This document shows positions 19,327 to 28,996 of a stretch of DNA of 64,000 nucleotides, in pieces (position 1 is the first letter of the stretch; every line of letters begins with the position of its first letter). The position numbers and the translations under genes were made by a program. Location: the NCBI GenBank assembly GCA_028286725.1, contig JAQBQZ010000012.1, forward strand, positions 5,562-69,561, given 5' to 3'. The notes below the pieces were generated by a model. It did not search any database. It was not told the DNA's origin and was given only the letters and a program-made list of their open reading frames with translations. The DNA is from Candidatus Tayloriibacteriota bacterium. Its GTDB lineage: Bacteria > Patescibacteriota > Minisyncoccia > Phycocordibacterales > CAIRYW01.

Positions 19327-20817
19327 ATGGAAGAAACCCAAGAACCAAAATCAAACCTGAAGTGGTGGATATTGTTCACCGTTATCATCGGTACTTTTCT
19401 TGGTCGTCTCGATCAGACGATTGTTAACCTTGCCCTACCAAAAATAATTGATGACTTCGGCATCAGTGTTTCAAGTGCGGGATGGATCGCAACGGCATAC
19501 ATTCTTGCAAACGCAATCTTCGTTCCTATCTGGGGAAAGCTCGGAGATACAATTGGCAGAAAAAAAGTATACCTTCTTGGATTTATTATATTTATTGCAG
19601 GCTCAGTGCTTGCAGGCCTTGCGTGGAACCTTACATCCATGATCATTTTCCGTGTCATACAAGCGATCGCAGGGTCAGCTGACTATCCGACAGCCATGGC
19701 AATCCTTGCAGTAACGTTCAAAGATAATAAGGAACGAGGACAAGCTCTCGGTATCTGGTCATCATCATTTGCAGCTGCATCCGTATTCGGCCCACTTCTT
19801 GGAGGACCGCTTATTGATAATTTTGGATGGAGATCTGTTTTTCTCATCAACCTTCCTGTTGGTCTCATTGGTACTTATCTTGCAATGAGATTTATCAGTG
19901 AATCAAAATCAGAAAAGAAGTCAGTTTTCTTTGACTGGTGGGGCGCAGGCACACTCGGCGCAGCCATGACCGCAATGGTGCTCGTACTCGACAAAGGGAG
20001 TGACTGGGGATGGACTTCACTTGCAAGTATAATCTGTTATATTGCGACAGTAGTTTTCTTCTGGGTCTTTGTCAAAATCGAAAACAGAGTTCCAGAACCT
20101 ATTGTTGATTTGAAATTCTTCAAAATCCCTGCATTCGTAAATACCCTCATAAACAACTTTATTATATTCATGGGAATGATGGGGGCTCTTTTCCTTATCC
20201 CTATTTTTGCCCAAAGTTTCCTCGGATATGATGCGACGCAATCAGGATATCTCTTTATGCCAATGGCAGCCATGTTTATGTTTGCTGTACCATTCGGTGG
20301 AATTATCCTAAATAAATTTGGTGCACGAAATACAATATTCGCAAGTACCTTTGTTGCAGGAATCGGGATCTATTTCTTCTCATGGCTTGATCCAAAATCA
20401 AGTGCGCTCGATATTGTTATTCCCCTTTGTATCATGGCATTTGGAATGGGATTTGGTATGGGACCGAGAACAAACATTATTGCAACAGTGGTGCCAAAAG
20501 AAGAGATCGGTGTTGCTTCATCGATCCTTGCGCTCGCCCGTAATCTTGCAGGAGCATTCGGTATTGCTCTCTTTGGAACACTTCTTAATAACAAAGTGGA
20601 ATCTTACATTCTTCATATCAATAGCCTAAGCACATTAAATAGCAGCAATCCATTAGACATTCAAAAATTTATCACTCTCATTGAACTTAAAGCGCAGATT
20701 GATGCATACGACTATGTGTTCATAGTCGCAAGTATCATTATCATCTTGGGATCATTTATGGTACTTCTTATGAAAGACAACAAACAAAAACTTGATGTCC
20801 AAGTACATGTCGAGTAA
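19327..20817 (+). CDS. DHA2 (EmrB/QacA) MFS efflux transporter
   Basis: LDQTIVNLALP, GKLGDTIGRKK, GPLLGG, WRSVFLINLPVG; about 14 TM helices. Confidence 0.95.
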   Translation: MEETQEPKSNLKWWILFTVIIGTFLGRLDQTIVNLALPKIIDDFGISVSSAGWIATAYILANAIFVPIWGKLGDTIGRKKVYLLGFIIFIAGSVLAGLAWNLTSMIIFRVIQAIAGSADYPTAMAILAVTFKDNKERGQALGIWSSSFAAASVFGPLLGGPLIDNFGWRSVFLINLPVGLIGTYLAMRFISESKSEKKSVFFDWWGAGTLGAAMTAMVLVLDKGSDWGWTSLASIICYIATVVFFWVFVKIENRVPEPIVDLKFFKIPAFVNTLINNFIIFMGMMGALFLIPIFAQSFLGYDATQSGYLFMPMAAMFMFAVPFGGIILNKFGARNTIFASTFVAGIGIYFFSWLDPKSSALDIVIPLCIMAFGMGFGMGPRTNIIATVVPKEEIGVASSILALARNLAGAFGIALFGTLLNNKVESYILHINSLSTLNSSNPLDIQKFITLIELKAQIDAYDYVFIVASIIIILGSFMVLLMKDNKQKLDVQVHVE

Positions 20818-20861
20818 GGAACCAAATAAAAATAATGCGAAGCCTTCGGCTTCGCATTATT

Positions 20862-21548
20862 TTAAATTTTACCTCCTGAATTTTCATTTAGAATTCGATG
20901 CCTATTCACCGCAAGATGAGCTTGTCTTGTCGGCTCAGGCAGACGATGTTTGCGCACGCATGATTTCAAAAGCTCAATTGATTCTTCAAGCGTAATTAAA
21001 TGCCCTGGAGAAATAAATACAGGCTTAACGCCCTTTTTCGTTCGGAGCGCTGCACCAATGATTTCTTTGTTATCCCAATTATCATAGAGATACGAGATTG
21101 ATCCTGGTGTATCTCCTGGTTCATCATAGACTCCCGTGAGCACACTCTTGGCACAGCCAACAGTTGGGATATTTAAAATAATTCCTAAATGAGTCGCAAT
21201 ACCAAGTCGTCTTGGATGAGCAATACCGATACCATCAACAATAAGCACATCTGGTTTTTTAGAAAGTTTTTCCCATGCATGGAGAAGCATTGGTATTTCA
21301 CGAAAAGAAAGAAGTCCTGGAATATACGGAAACTCAATTGGTCGCTTTACCACACTCTCATCAATAATTTCAAGACTGGGATACGAGAGTGTAACAAATC
21401 CTGCATATCCATCTTTTGCAAAAAGACTCATGCTCACATCTGCTCCACCAATTGTTCGTGGAGTTTTTTTGAGGGGAACAAGCTTTATCTCCTCCCTCAT
21501 TTTCTTTTGAAGTTCAATTGCTTCTTTAGGAGTTAGTTTCCAATTCAT
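20862..21548 (-). CDS. nfi: Endonuclease V
   Basis: GGADVS, FPYIPGLLSFRE, DGIGIAHPRRLGIA, SPGH, RLPEPTRQAH. Confidence 0.97.
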   Translation of the reverse strand: MNWKLTPKEAIELQKKMREEIKLVPLKKTPRTIGGADVSMSLFAKDGYAGFVTLSYPSLEIIDESVVKRPIEFPYIPGLLSFREIPMLLHAWEKLSKKPDVLIVDGIGIAHPRRLGIATHLGIILNIPTVGCAKSVLTGVYDEPGDTPGSISYLYDNWDNKEIIGAALRTKKGVKPVFISPGHLITLEESIELLKSCVRKHRLPEPTRQAHLAVNRHRILNENSGGKI

Positions 21549-21581
21549 ATATTTAATATTGCGTTTTAAGAAAAAATATAC

Positions 21582-22046
21582 TTAGATAACATCTTCCGGA
21601 TTCCCTTCTGCAATATCTTGCTCCTTCAAGACCTGAAACACACTCGATCGCATTCCAAGGAATCTTCCAAAGAGCGCGCCTGCAAGTATGCAGAGAGTAA
21701 ACACCGAAAGCTGTACACCATGTATCCAATGTCCAAATACCCATTCACGAGACATGTCGATTACAATAAAAAGCACAAGTGCGATCGCTCCTGCTGTATC
21801 CATTTTTGAGATCACTTTTTCTGTCTCTTTATGCCATGCAACACCCATAAGCCTCCCAAGAATGATGCCCACAACACTTCCAATACATACCCCAGCAAGA
21901 GCAAGAAGCCAAAAGATATTACCGATCCATACCTCTCTAATGATATAAAGCATGATTGCAATTGAAATAGCGAGAAATATATAAAGTCTCGTAAGAAGCT
22001 TTCTTTCAATATGTGGGTGTATATGATCGTCTCGTAGTTTTTCCAT
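21582..22046 (-). CDS. Hypothetical membrane protein (4 TM)
   Basis: Hydrophobic segments; fills the gap between genes. Confidence 0.7.
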   Translation of the reverse strand: MEKLRDDHIHPHIERKLLTRLYIFLAISIAIMLYIIREVWIGNIFWLLALAGVCIGSVVGIILGRLMGVAWHKETEKVISKMDTAGAIALVLFIVIDMSREWVFGHWIHGVQLSVFTLCILAGALFGRFLGMRSSVFQVLKEQDIAEGNPEDVI

Positions 22047-22153
22047 AATTAAGTAAGTTTTTGGTAAATATTAATATCATCAAAGTGGATGACGATTCAG
22101 GAGCGAAAATGTTCCCTCTTTCTTTGATCAATTTATTATACAGCAAAGACAGA

Positions 22154-23053
22154 TTAATCTTTATACTCAAACAACAGATACCCTCTCTCTTCGAGATATT
22201 CTTTAGTCACAGGATAAATCACAGGAGCAAAATTAGTAAAGAGTTTTTCTTCACCGATCTTCTCTCCTTTTATATACGAATCCCTATATATTTCATTATA
22301 TCTAAAATATCTTTCGTTTCTTTTGATAAAAGTGTGATTATTTTCTCGTAGGTGGAATTTCTTTTCTTGATGCCCTTCTGCCAAGACCTGTCCCTTGAGA
22401 GAAAGGTCTGTAAGCCATAGTCGAAGCTGTATAGGGCTCTTGGAAGTATTTTTAATTTTGAGATCAATAAAGTTATTGAGTATCGTTGCCCCGCTTCCAA
22501 ATGGCAATGTTCTGCCAGAGTCAGGAAAAGCATCAACAGAATGATGATATCTTTCTACTACAACCGAATCAGTATGCGACAAAATCCAAAAGAGAAAATT
22601 TGAAAGCTGGCAAAGACCGCCTCCAAAACCCCTCGACACCTTACCATTTGAAAGAAGCATACCTTCAACATAACCATATTTCTTTGTTGTACTTCCAATC
22701 ACATTAAAGAGTGAAAAGGTTTCCCCAGGTGGAATCACAATGCCGTTTAGTTTTGAGATCGCCTGTTTCAGATTTATTACTTTATTTTTCTGAAGTTCGG
22801 TATCACTGTCCCCCAGCTTTCGAAAAAGAGGACTTGAGTGTCGTGCGATCACAGAGGTAAGGAAAGTATCTTTCTGCTTTAGGTTTTTGAGTGTTAATTT
22901 ATTCTTCACTTTCCGAAGCGATCTTTTGGTAAAGATAATGGGTTTAAGCAGAATCGGAAATCGGCTTGAAAGTGCTTTTCTTTTTGGCCGCTCATATGCA
23001 GTTATATGCTTTTTAGCTATCTCATTCATGGGCAATTTTAAAGTACTTATCAT
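22154..23053 (-). CDS. VanW family protein
   Basis: PGETFS, GGGLCQLS, ERYHHS, DLKIKN. Confidence 0.9.
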   Translation of the reverse strand: MISTLKLPMNEIAKKHITAYERPKRKALSSRFPILLKPIIFTKRSLRKVKNKLTLKNLKQKDTFLTSVIARHSSPLFRKLGDSDTELQKNKVINLKQAISKLNGIVIPPGETFSLFNVIGSTTKKYGYVEGMLLSNGKVSRGFGGGLCQLSNFLFWILSHTDSVVVERYHHSVDAFPDSGRTLPFGSGATILNNFIDLKIKNTSKSPIQLRLWLTDLSLKGQVLAEGHQEKKFHLRENNHTFIKRNERYFRYNEIYRDSYIKGEKIGEEKLFTNFAPVIYPVTKEYLEERGYLLFEYKD

Positions 23054-23059
23054 TTAAAA

Positions 23060-23296
23060 TTAAGATTTTTTCTTTTCGTCTCGAAGTACAATCATTTGTA
23101 TTGCTTTGTTTACTACCCTGGAATCTATGGGCGGCATAAATCTCGCCGCCTCTTTGGCAGAAGAATCAGGATGAGCTTTGAGAAAATCATGGAGCTCTAC
23201 AAGACCTTGAGCTTCCCGCTCGAGCTTTTGTTCTTCTGCGAGGTCGATGACGAGAGCAGGATGTGTGTTTTGGTTTTTTGGATCGAAGGGGTTCAT
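23060..23296 (-). CDS. Small hypothetical protein
   Basis: ATG-started ORF in a co-oriented run. Confidence 0.55.
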   Translation of the reverse strand: MNPFDPKNQNTHPALVIDLAEEQKLEREAQGLVELHDFLKAHPDSSAKEAARFMPPIDSRVVNKAIQMIVLRDEKKKS

Positions 23297-23339
23297 GGGG
23301 ATATTATAGAGATATTCACATCAAATAAATCACTATGCA

Positions 23340-23771
23340 TTAGCAAAAAACAATCTGAGATTTTTTTAGAATATAGCCCAAGAATAAAATCAGTAAAGTT
23401 GGGATAATAGAAAGCAATAAGGCACTGAGAACAAATATTATAATACTAGTAATAGATGCATGCTCAGGTATTGGAGCTTTTATAATTAAACTTATAAATG
23501 TTAAAAAGAATGACGTAAGATAATAGTATGAAAATAAACGAAAATTAAATGACTTTCTTTTGTGGAGAGAGTACAAAAGGACACTATCGACACATAGCAG
23601 AAGTCCCGCAATTAATACTGCCATCAATGAGTAGACATTGCTTCCGAGTATCAAAATTGAAGAAAGAGATGCAAAAATGGTAGCAATATCCTTCAAAATA
23701 CTAAATAGGAATATAACGAACAACAATACAAAACTTGACTTAATAACCCAATTTCTTTTTAAAAAATTCAT
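23340..23771 (-). CDS. Hypothetical membrane protein
   Basis: Four hydrophobic segments; AT-rich. Confidence 0.6.
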   Translation of the reverse strand: MNFLKRNWVIKSSFVLLFVIFLFSILKDIATIFASLSSILILGSNVYSLMAVLIAGLLLCVDSVLLYSLHKRKSFNFRLFSYYYLTSFFLTFISLIIKAPIPEHASITSIIIFVLSALLLSIIPTLLILFLGYILKKSQIVFC

Positions 23772-23831
23772 GGAATTAAATTAGTAATTAATATCCCATA
23801 GTATACAACACAACCACCGAACCTTCGACCA

Positions 23832-24167
23832 TTAAAACATTTTTGACCCGTTTGGAACCTTATGTGAAAGCATCGTTAGTACAATATCCCCATTCTGATC
23901 CGCAAACCCGGTTGTGAGAACCTCTGAGATAAATGGACCAATTTGTTTTGGTAGAAAATTCACCACACATACCACCTGCCTCCCCACCAATTCTTCTTTT
24001 GTATAATGTTTTACGATCTGAGCGCTCGATCTTTTGGTACCTTGTTCACCAAAATCGATAGTCAGTTTGTACGCTGGCTTTCGAGCTTCAGGAAAATCTT
24101 CGGAGATAATTATAGTCCCGACTCGAAGTTCCACTTTTTCAAAATCATTCCAAGATATTGTTTCCAT
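23832..24167 (-). CDS. csaA: CsaA/Trbp111 tRNA-binding chaperone
   Basis: FEKVELRVGTI, ARKPAYKL.IDFG, SSAQI, VVNF.PKQIG. Confidence 0.92.
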   Translation of the reverse strand: METISWNDFEKVELRVGTIIISEDFPEARKPAYKLTIDFGEQGTKRSSAQIVKHYTKEELVGRQVVCVVNFLPKQIGPFISEVLTTGFADQNGDIVLTMLSHKVPNGSKMF

Positions 24168-24222
24168 AAGGAGATTTTATCATAAAAAATAAGTCCTGTA
24201 TTTCTACAGGACTTATCACTAA

Positions 24223-24987
24223 TTAAACAATCATAGTACCCACATCCTCTCCAGCAGCAAATCTAAGCAGAACATCTGGTTCAAGTCCTGCAATAGAAAC
24301 TTTCATACCTTTTTCAAAACACACAAAAGCCTCTTCGAGTTTGGGACCAATTCCTCCCGTGCCGTGATCCGACCTGCTTTCCGATACATCAATTTGTTTT
24401 AGTGTTTTCCTTCCAACAGTCTGATATCTCTTTGCAGAAATATCTTTCCTTGGATCTTTGTCGTAGACACCGCCAATATCAGTAAGAAACAGTATAGCGT
24501 CAGCACCAATCATCTCCGCTACCATTCGAGCCAACCTGTCGTTCTCACTGATGCCCGCCTCCATGGATTCAATCTCTCTTTGTGAGACAACGTCGTTTTC
24601 ATTCACAAGCGGAATTATTCCCGACTTGAAATATGAAAGAATACTTGTTCTGATACTTTCATATTCTTTTTTATGCACCCAATTTGTGTATGTGAGCCAT
24701 ATTTGTGCAACATCGAATCCATGATTCTCAAAAGAATTACCCCAGAGATTTAAAAGGTGTCTCGCTCCGATACCCGCCCATTCTTTTTTGGCGAGTTCTG
24801 GATTCTGACCAATGCGAGCTAACCGCTCTCTTCCCGCCTGGATTGCACCCGAGCTCACAAGCGCAACTTCGATTCCCTGTGATATAAGCTCTGCGACCTG
24901 CCGAGCAATGTCTGATGCTTTTGATGCATCAAGGCTGCCATCTGAAACCAAATTACCTGTACCGATTTTTACGACGACTCTTTTCAT
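24223..24987 (-). CDS. proB: Glutamate 5-kinase (no PUA domain)
   Basis: VVVKIGT, VSSGAI..G, PLVNENDVVS, NDRLA, LTDIGGVYDKDP, GTGGI..KL. Confidence 0.88.
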   Translation of the reverse strand: MKRVVVKIGTGNLVSDGSLDASKASDIARQVAELISQGIEVALVSSGAIQAGRERLARIGQNPELAKKEWAGIGARHLLNLWGNSFENHGFDVAQIWLTYTNWVHKKEYESIRTSILSYFKSGIIPLVNENDVVSQREIESMEAGISENDRLARMVAEMIGADAILFLTDIGGVYDKDPRKDISAKRYQTVGRKTLKQIDVSESRSDHGTGGIGPKLEEAFVCFEKGMKVSIAGLEPDVLLRFAAGEDVGTMIV

Positions 24988-25097
24988 ATGATTATGTTTG
25001 ATTAATTGTTAAAGAACAAAAACACTCACAATGTGAGTGGCCCAGATACGTTCTGGTGGAAAATGTATTTATATATACAATCTTCCACCAACCAACA

Positions 25098-25126
25098 TAA
25101 AAGCCGCCCACTGAGGGCGGCTTTTA
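25098..25126 (-). terminator. Attenuator terminator upstream of proB
   Basis: AAAAGCCGCCC-TCAGT-GGGCGGCTTTT on the minus strand. Confidence 0.8.
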
Positions 25127-25155
25127 ATTAATTAGAGAAAAAGAATTACCGCACC

Positions 25156-25209
25156 TCAATTAATGGGTGCTGGTGGAACGATATTGATTGTAATTCCTAT
25201 CGCTTTCAT
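25156..25209 (-). CDS. Putative proB leader peptide MKAIGITINIVPPAPIN
   Basis: 17-aa ORF with CCA-CCA-GCA-CCC codons, just downstream of a TTGACA/TATTCT promoter and upstream of a terminator. Confidence 0.7.
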   Translation of the reverse strand: MKAIGITINIVPPAPIN

Positions 25210-25216
25210 ATGTTTA

Positions 25217-25244
25217 AGAATACTTTTATTTAAGAGGGTGTCAA
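25217..25244 (-). promoter_or_regulatory. Sigma70 promoter for the leader-proB unit
   Basis: TTGACA-16 nt-TATTCT. Confidence 0.65.
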
Positions 25245-25393
25245 GGAAGACGGAGAGAATTTCGAACCTTAGAGGTTCAGTGCGTCGATAGGATAATTTA
25301 TTTCGCGGATTAGTTTTTGGACACATAATTAAGATAAAAGTTACACACAGGTGTAACTTTTATCTTAAGAACATTAGCTATTGATACTGTATT

Positions 25394-28306
25394 CTATAAC
25401 CCCGCCAACTGTTGCATTTTGTGTCTTGTCTTTGGTCCGACAATTCCTGAGACAGGATTGATGTTGTATTTTGATTGAAATATCTTAACCGCATTATGCG
25501 TGAAGTTGCCGAAATAGCCAGAGATGATCGCTTCCTGATAGCTGCCTTCGTAGATGAGATATTGTTGCAGATCTTTGACGGATTCTCCTTGATCGCCTTT
25601 TTTAAGATCAGTTTCAAATACTACAACATCGGTTGGAATATCAAGTTTTGTCTCTGACATTGATACGGTATTGAGTTTTTTCTGGGTTACTACATCAACA
25701 ATTCCTGTTTGGACCAATCCATGCTTCGCCTGGAATCGCTTGAGAGCAGCCTCAGTCCGCGAACCAAAGTAGCCAGTGATGTATTCCTCTGGATATGTTC
25801 CTTCGGCATGCAGAAGTTCCTGAAGATGCTCTATTTCAATATCAGTTGTTCCTTTCTGGAAAGTCTTTACAAAATGAAGCGCCGGTGTGGATGATGCAAG
25901 AGTTCCACTTTCATTGAACTTTACCTCTCTTACTCCTGCCCTTGGTGCAATGGAGATATTAACAGGCCTTGATGAACCTCCACCAGAGCTACGAGCAAAG
26001 ACTGTGTAGTTGTGAGTCACTCCATTCGTTTGATTAGTGTCTGTGAATGTTTCGCTATTACCTTCGTAGATGATAGCTCCATCTCGCTCGATAACTACGT
26101 CTTCATTAATATTTGGATTACCTTCGTTGATTTCAAAAACTACTTCTCCATCCACCCCCTCAACATCAACGATTGGAGTTTCTCCTTGGTCGGTGATGAT
26201 TGGAGCAGGAGGTGCTGTAGGAACACTAGAAAGACTTCCTGTAGTGGTGAACGTATAGTCCTCTGAAAACGTGACGTTTCCAACTTCATCAATGGACTTC
26301 AGTCGGTAATGATAGGTTGTACCTGAATTGAGACTGCTTAGGGAAACCGAATGAGAAGTGACAAGTGTTTCGGTATTTATACTCGAAGATCCGTAAGTAG
26401 TATCTGTGCCATACTCAACTTGCGATGTTGCTCCCTTGTCAGTCATCCAAGATATTGTCGCTCCTGTACTTGTAACTCCACCCGAAGAGACAGAAATAAT
26501 ATTTGCCGGTGCAACAACGGGAATCGAATGATTGAGTGTATTGAATTCCTCATTTGTAGAAACCGTAGCGACGGATGCTCCCACTGGTTTTGACTTCACT
26601 CGGAAGATGTAGTTGGTATTTGGAGCGAGCCCTGTGATGGTGACTGAATGTGAAGTAGTAAGTGTTGAACTAAGTGCAGTTACCGATCCAAAGTTCTCAC
26701 TATTTCCATATTGTACTTGCGAATCAGATGGTAGATCAGTATTCCAAGCGATTGTCACTGCTGAAGTGGATATTGATGTAGTTTCGATTCCTGAAATAAG
26801 GACAGTTGCAACTTGCGGTGCGGGCTGACCTTGAGTCTGAAATTCCACTTGTGACAAAGCATCAGTCGTGAATATCTCATCGGCACTCATTCCGATATTA
26901 CCCGAGACATCAGTTGAAGTGATTCGATAATGGTATGTGGTGTCAGGAGAAAGAGAAGACAAGATAGTCGAATGACTGAGAGATGCGTTACCACTAAGAT
27001 TCACTGTCGTGCCATAACTTGCAGTCGTACCATACTGAATGCTTGAAGTCGCAAGCTCACTTGTTGTCCAACCGATAGTAGCACCCGATGTCGTTATTGG
27101 AGCAACAGTGATGAGCGATATCTGCGGAGGAGTTGTATCAGCAGGAGTGGAAGGTGGCGTGATTACTGCAGGATCTGTTGTGAAAAAATTTGGACAATTG
27201 TTTGCCGTATTGCCAGCAAGGTCTGTAGCACGGATGCAATAGTAATATGTGCTGCTCGCAGTGAGTCCAGTAAGTGTTGCCGTGTGAGCGAGAAGTGCCG
27301 TGCCAGAAATTGTGGCATGAGAACCATAGCTCTGGCTCGTTCCATATTCAAGAGTTGAAATACTTAATTCGTTTGTATTCCAAGCCAGCGTTACATCAGT
27401 GATGCCAAGAGATGCGGTACCAATTCCTGAAATAATTGGTGCGGTCATATCAGTTGGCGAAACAACAACTTGAGGAGCTGGTTCTGAAACTACATTCTGT
27501 CCAGCAATCGGTTCGGTAGTGAATGTTTCGTCAGAAGTGATCGTCTCATTTCCAAACTCATCACTTGTGATGATGCGGTAATGGTAGAGAGTATTTGCTG
27601 TAAGACCTGAAAGAACTACTGCGTGTGTCAGCGCGAGATTGGTATCGAGATTCGCCGATTCTCCGTATCCTTCTGTAGTACCATATTCGACACGAGCATT
27701 GCCAACTTCAGTTGTAGTGAAATTAATTGTGGCTCCCATAGTGGTGATTGGAGCAACCGTTATCAAACTAACGTCTGGTGGAGTTGTGTCGACGACAACC
27801 GATTGAGAGGCAGTAGTAAAAATATGACCGCAGGAATTTGTTGCATTGTTTGCAAGGTCATGTGCATGAATACAGTAATAGTATATTGTGCCAGGAGTTA
27901 AACCTGTGAGAATCGCCGTGTGGGCAAGAAGTGCTGTAGCATCAAGGGTTGCACTTGATCCATAACTCTCCGTTGTTCCGTATTCAAAAGTAGAGATTGA
28001 AAGTTCGTCAGTGGTCCAAACAATCGTCGCATCATGAGTCGCAAGCGAAAGACTCGCAGCGCCAGAAATGACAGGACCAGTAGTGTCGCTAGCCGTTACT
28101 GTTTGCACAACAGGTTCAACAACTGTAGGAGTCGGCTCGGGTGTGGGACTAGGCGTCGGTTCTGCTGGAGGAGCAGGAGGTGCAGGTGGAGTTTCAACTG
28201 GTGGAGGAGTTGGTGGTGGAGTGACATCGCCGAGCTCGGCAAAAACAGGAGAAACATTTAATAAAAGTAATCCCACTATGAGTACAGACGAAAAGAACTT
28301 TTTCAT
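25394..28306 (-). CDS. Secreted surface protein: Pro-rich linker, about six FN3-like repeats, two C-terminal peptidoglycan-binding domains
   Basis: Signal peptide; repeats W.T.E....V.YGT...YG...H...L.GL...T.Y.Y; PG_binding_1 motifs LQ..L...GYFG..T..A.K.FQ. Confidence 0.88.
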   Translation of the reverse strand: MKKFFSSVLIVGLLLLNVSPVFAELGDVTPPPTPPPVETPPAPPAPPAEPTPSPTPEPTPTVVEPVVQTVTASDTTGPVISGAASLSLATHDATIVWTTDELSISTFEYGTTESYGSSATLDATALLAHTAILTGLTPGTIYYYCIHAHDLANNATNSCGHIFTTASQSVVVDTTPPDVSLITVAPITTMGATINFTTTEVGNARVEYGTTEGYGESANLDTNLALTHAVVLSGLTANTLYHYRIITSDEFGNETITSDETFTTEPIAGQNVVSEPAPQVVVSPTDMTAPIISGIGTASLGITDVTLAWNTNELSISTLEYGTSQSYGSHATISGTALLAHTATLTGLTASSTYYYCIRATDLAGNTANNCPNFFTTDPAVITPPSTPADTTPPQISLITVAPITTSGATIGWTTSELATSSIQYGTTASYGTTVNLSGNASLSHSTILSSLSPDTTYHYRITSTDVSGNIGMSADEIFTTDALSQVEFQTQGQPAPQVATVLISGIETTSISTSAVTIAWNTDLPSDSQVQYGNSENFGSVTALSSTLTTSHSVTITGLAPNTNYIFRVKSKPVGASVATVSTNEEFNTLNHSIPVVAPANIISVSSGGVTSTGATISWMTDKGATSQVEYGTDTTYGSSSINTETLVTSHSVSLSSLNSGTTYHYRLKSIDEVGNVTFSEDYTFTTTGSLSSVPTAPPAPIITDQGETPIVDVEGVDGEVVFEINEGNPNINEDVVIERDGAIIYEGNSETFTDTNQTNGVTHNYTVFARSSGGGSSRPVNISIAPRAGVREVKFNESGTLASSTPALHFVKTFQKGTTDIEIEHLQELLHAEGTYPEEYITGYFGSRTEAALKRFQAKHGLVQTGIVDVVTQKKLNTVSMSETKLDIPTDVVVFETDLKKGDQGESVKDLQQYLIYEGSYQEAIISGYFGNFTHNAVKIFQSKYNINPVSGIVGPKTRHKMQQLAGL

Positions 28307-28380
28307 GTATTAAAAAATAATTATTAAAAACCAAGTGATCCAACTCATTATACAGGAGGAGAATTTATTAGATAGCAAAG

Positions 28381-28600
28381 GAGGGTATAACTATATTTTT
28401 TATCAAGCAATTTGAAAACCTACTGAAAAATCTAGATACTAATGAAATTGAGATCGAAGAGAAAATTGGTATCAACACTATCGATATACGAAGTTGCGCG
28501 AAATATGTGCTCCGAAAAGGAATGGATCCTGAAAAGAGAGAATTACTTTTTTTCCTTGAAAGAAAAATTAGCTTGAATAACAAATTAATTCATTTATCTA
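28381..28600 (+). pseudogene. Possible remnant of a large serine recombinase C-terminus
   Basis: Start-less frame IKQFENLL...IDIRSCAKYVLRKG..EKRELL resembles, from memory, C-termini of CPR recombinase-family proteins; not searched. Confidence 0.4.
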
Positions 28601-28978
28601 ATTCTGAAAATCAACTTGGAATCGATACATTCCCATTCCACATGTACCTTGAATCGAAGCAACACTTGGAGTGCCTAGATCTATATCTGTTGTTCCTGTT
28701 TGAGGAAGGGTCTGACTTATATCCATACTTGGAATTCGAACTGATGATGAGCAATCAAATGTTCCGTTAGTGTCAAATCTTAGAACTGTTGGCATCCCAG
28801 CTTTTGCTGTACTTTTTAGCGGATGATATCCGCCCTTTGCACTGATCTCAATAATCTGTTTTCCATCAATAACACTCACATTGTTTGCGAGGGCATCTTT
28901 AGATCCTCCTTTACTTAGCATGAATGCTCCTCCGATAATAACTACAGCTACTACAATTGATACGATTATTGTTTTCAC
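28598..28978 (-). CDS. Cupredoxin domain protein
   Basis: KGGY.P, DCSS and CGMGM copper ligands. Confidence 0.88.
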   Translation of the reverse strand: MKTIIVSIVVAVVIIGGAFMLSKGGSKDALANNVSVIDGKQIIEISAKGGYHPLKSTAKAGMPTVLRFDTNGTFDCSSSVRIPSMDISQTLPQTGTTDIDLGTPSVASIQGTCGMGMYRFQVDFQN

Positions 28979-28996
28979 AAATTATTTTTTATTATA

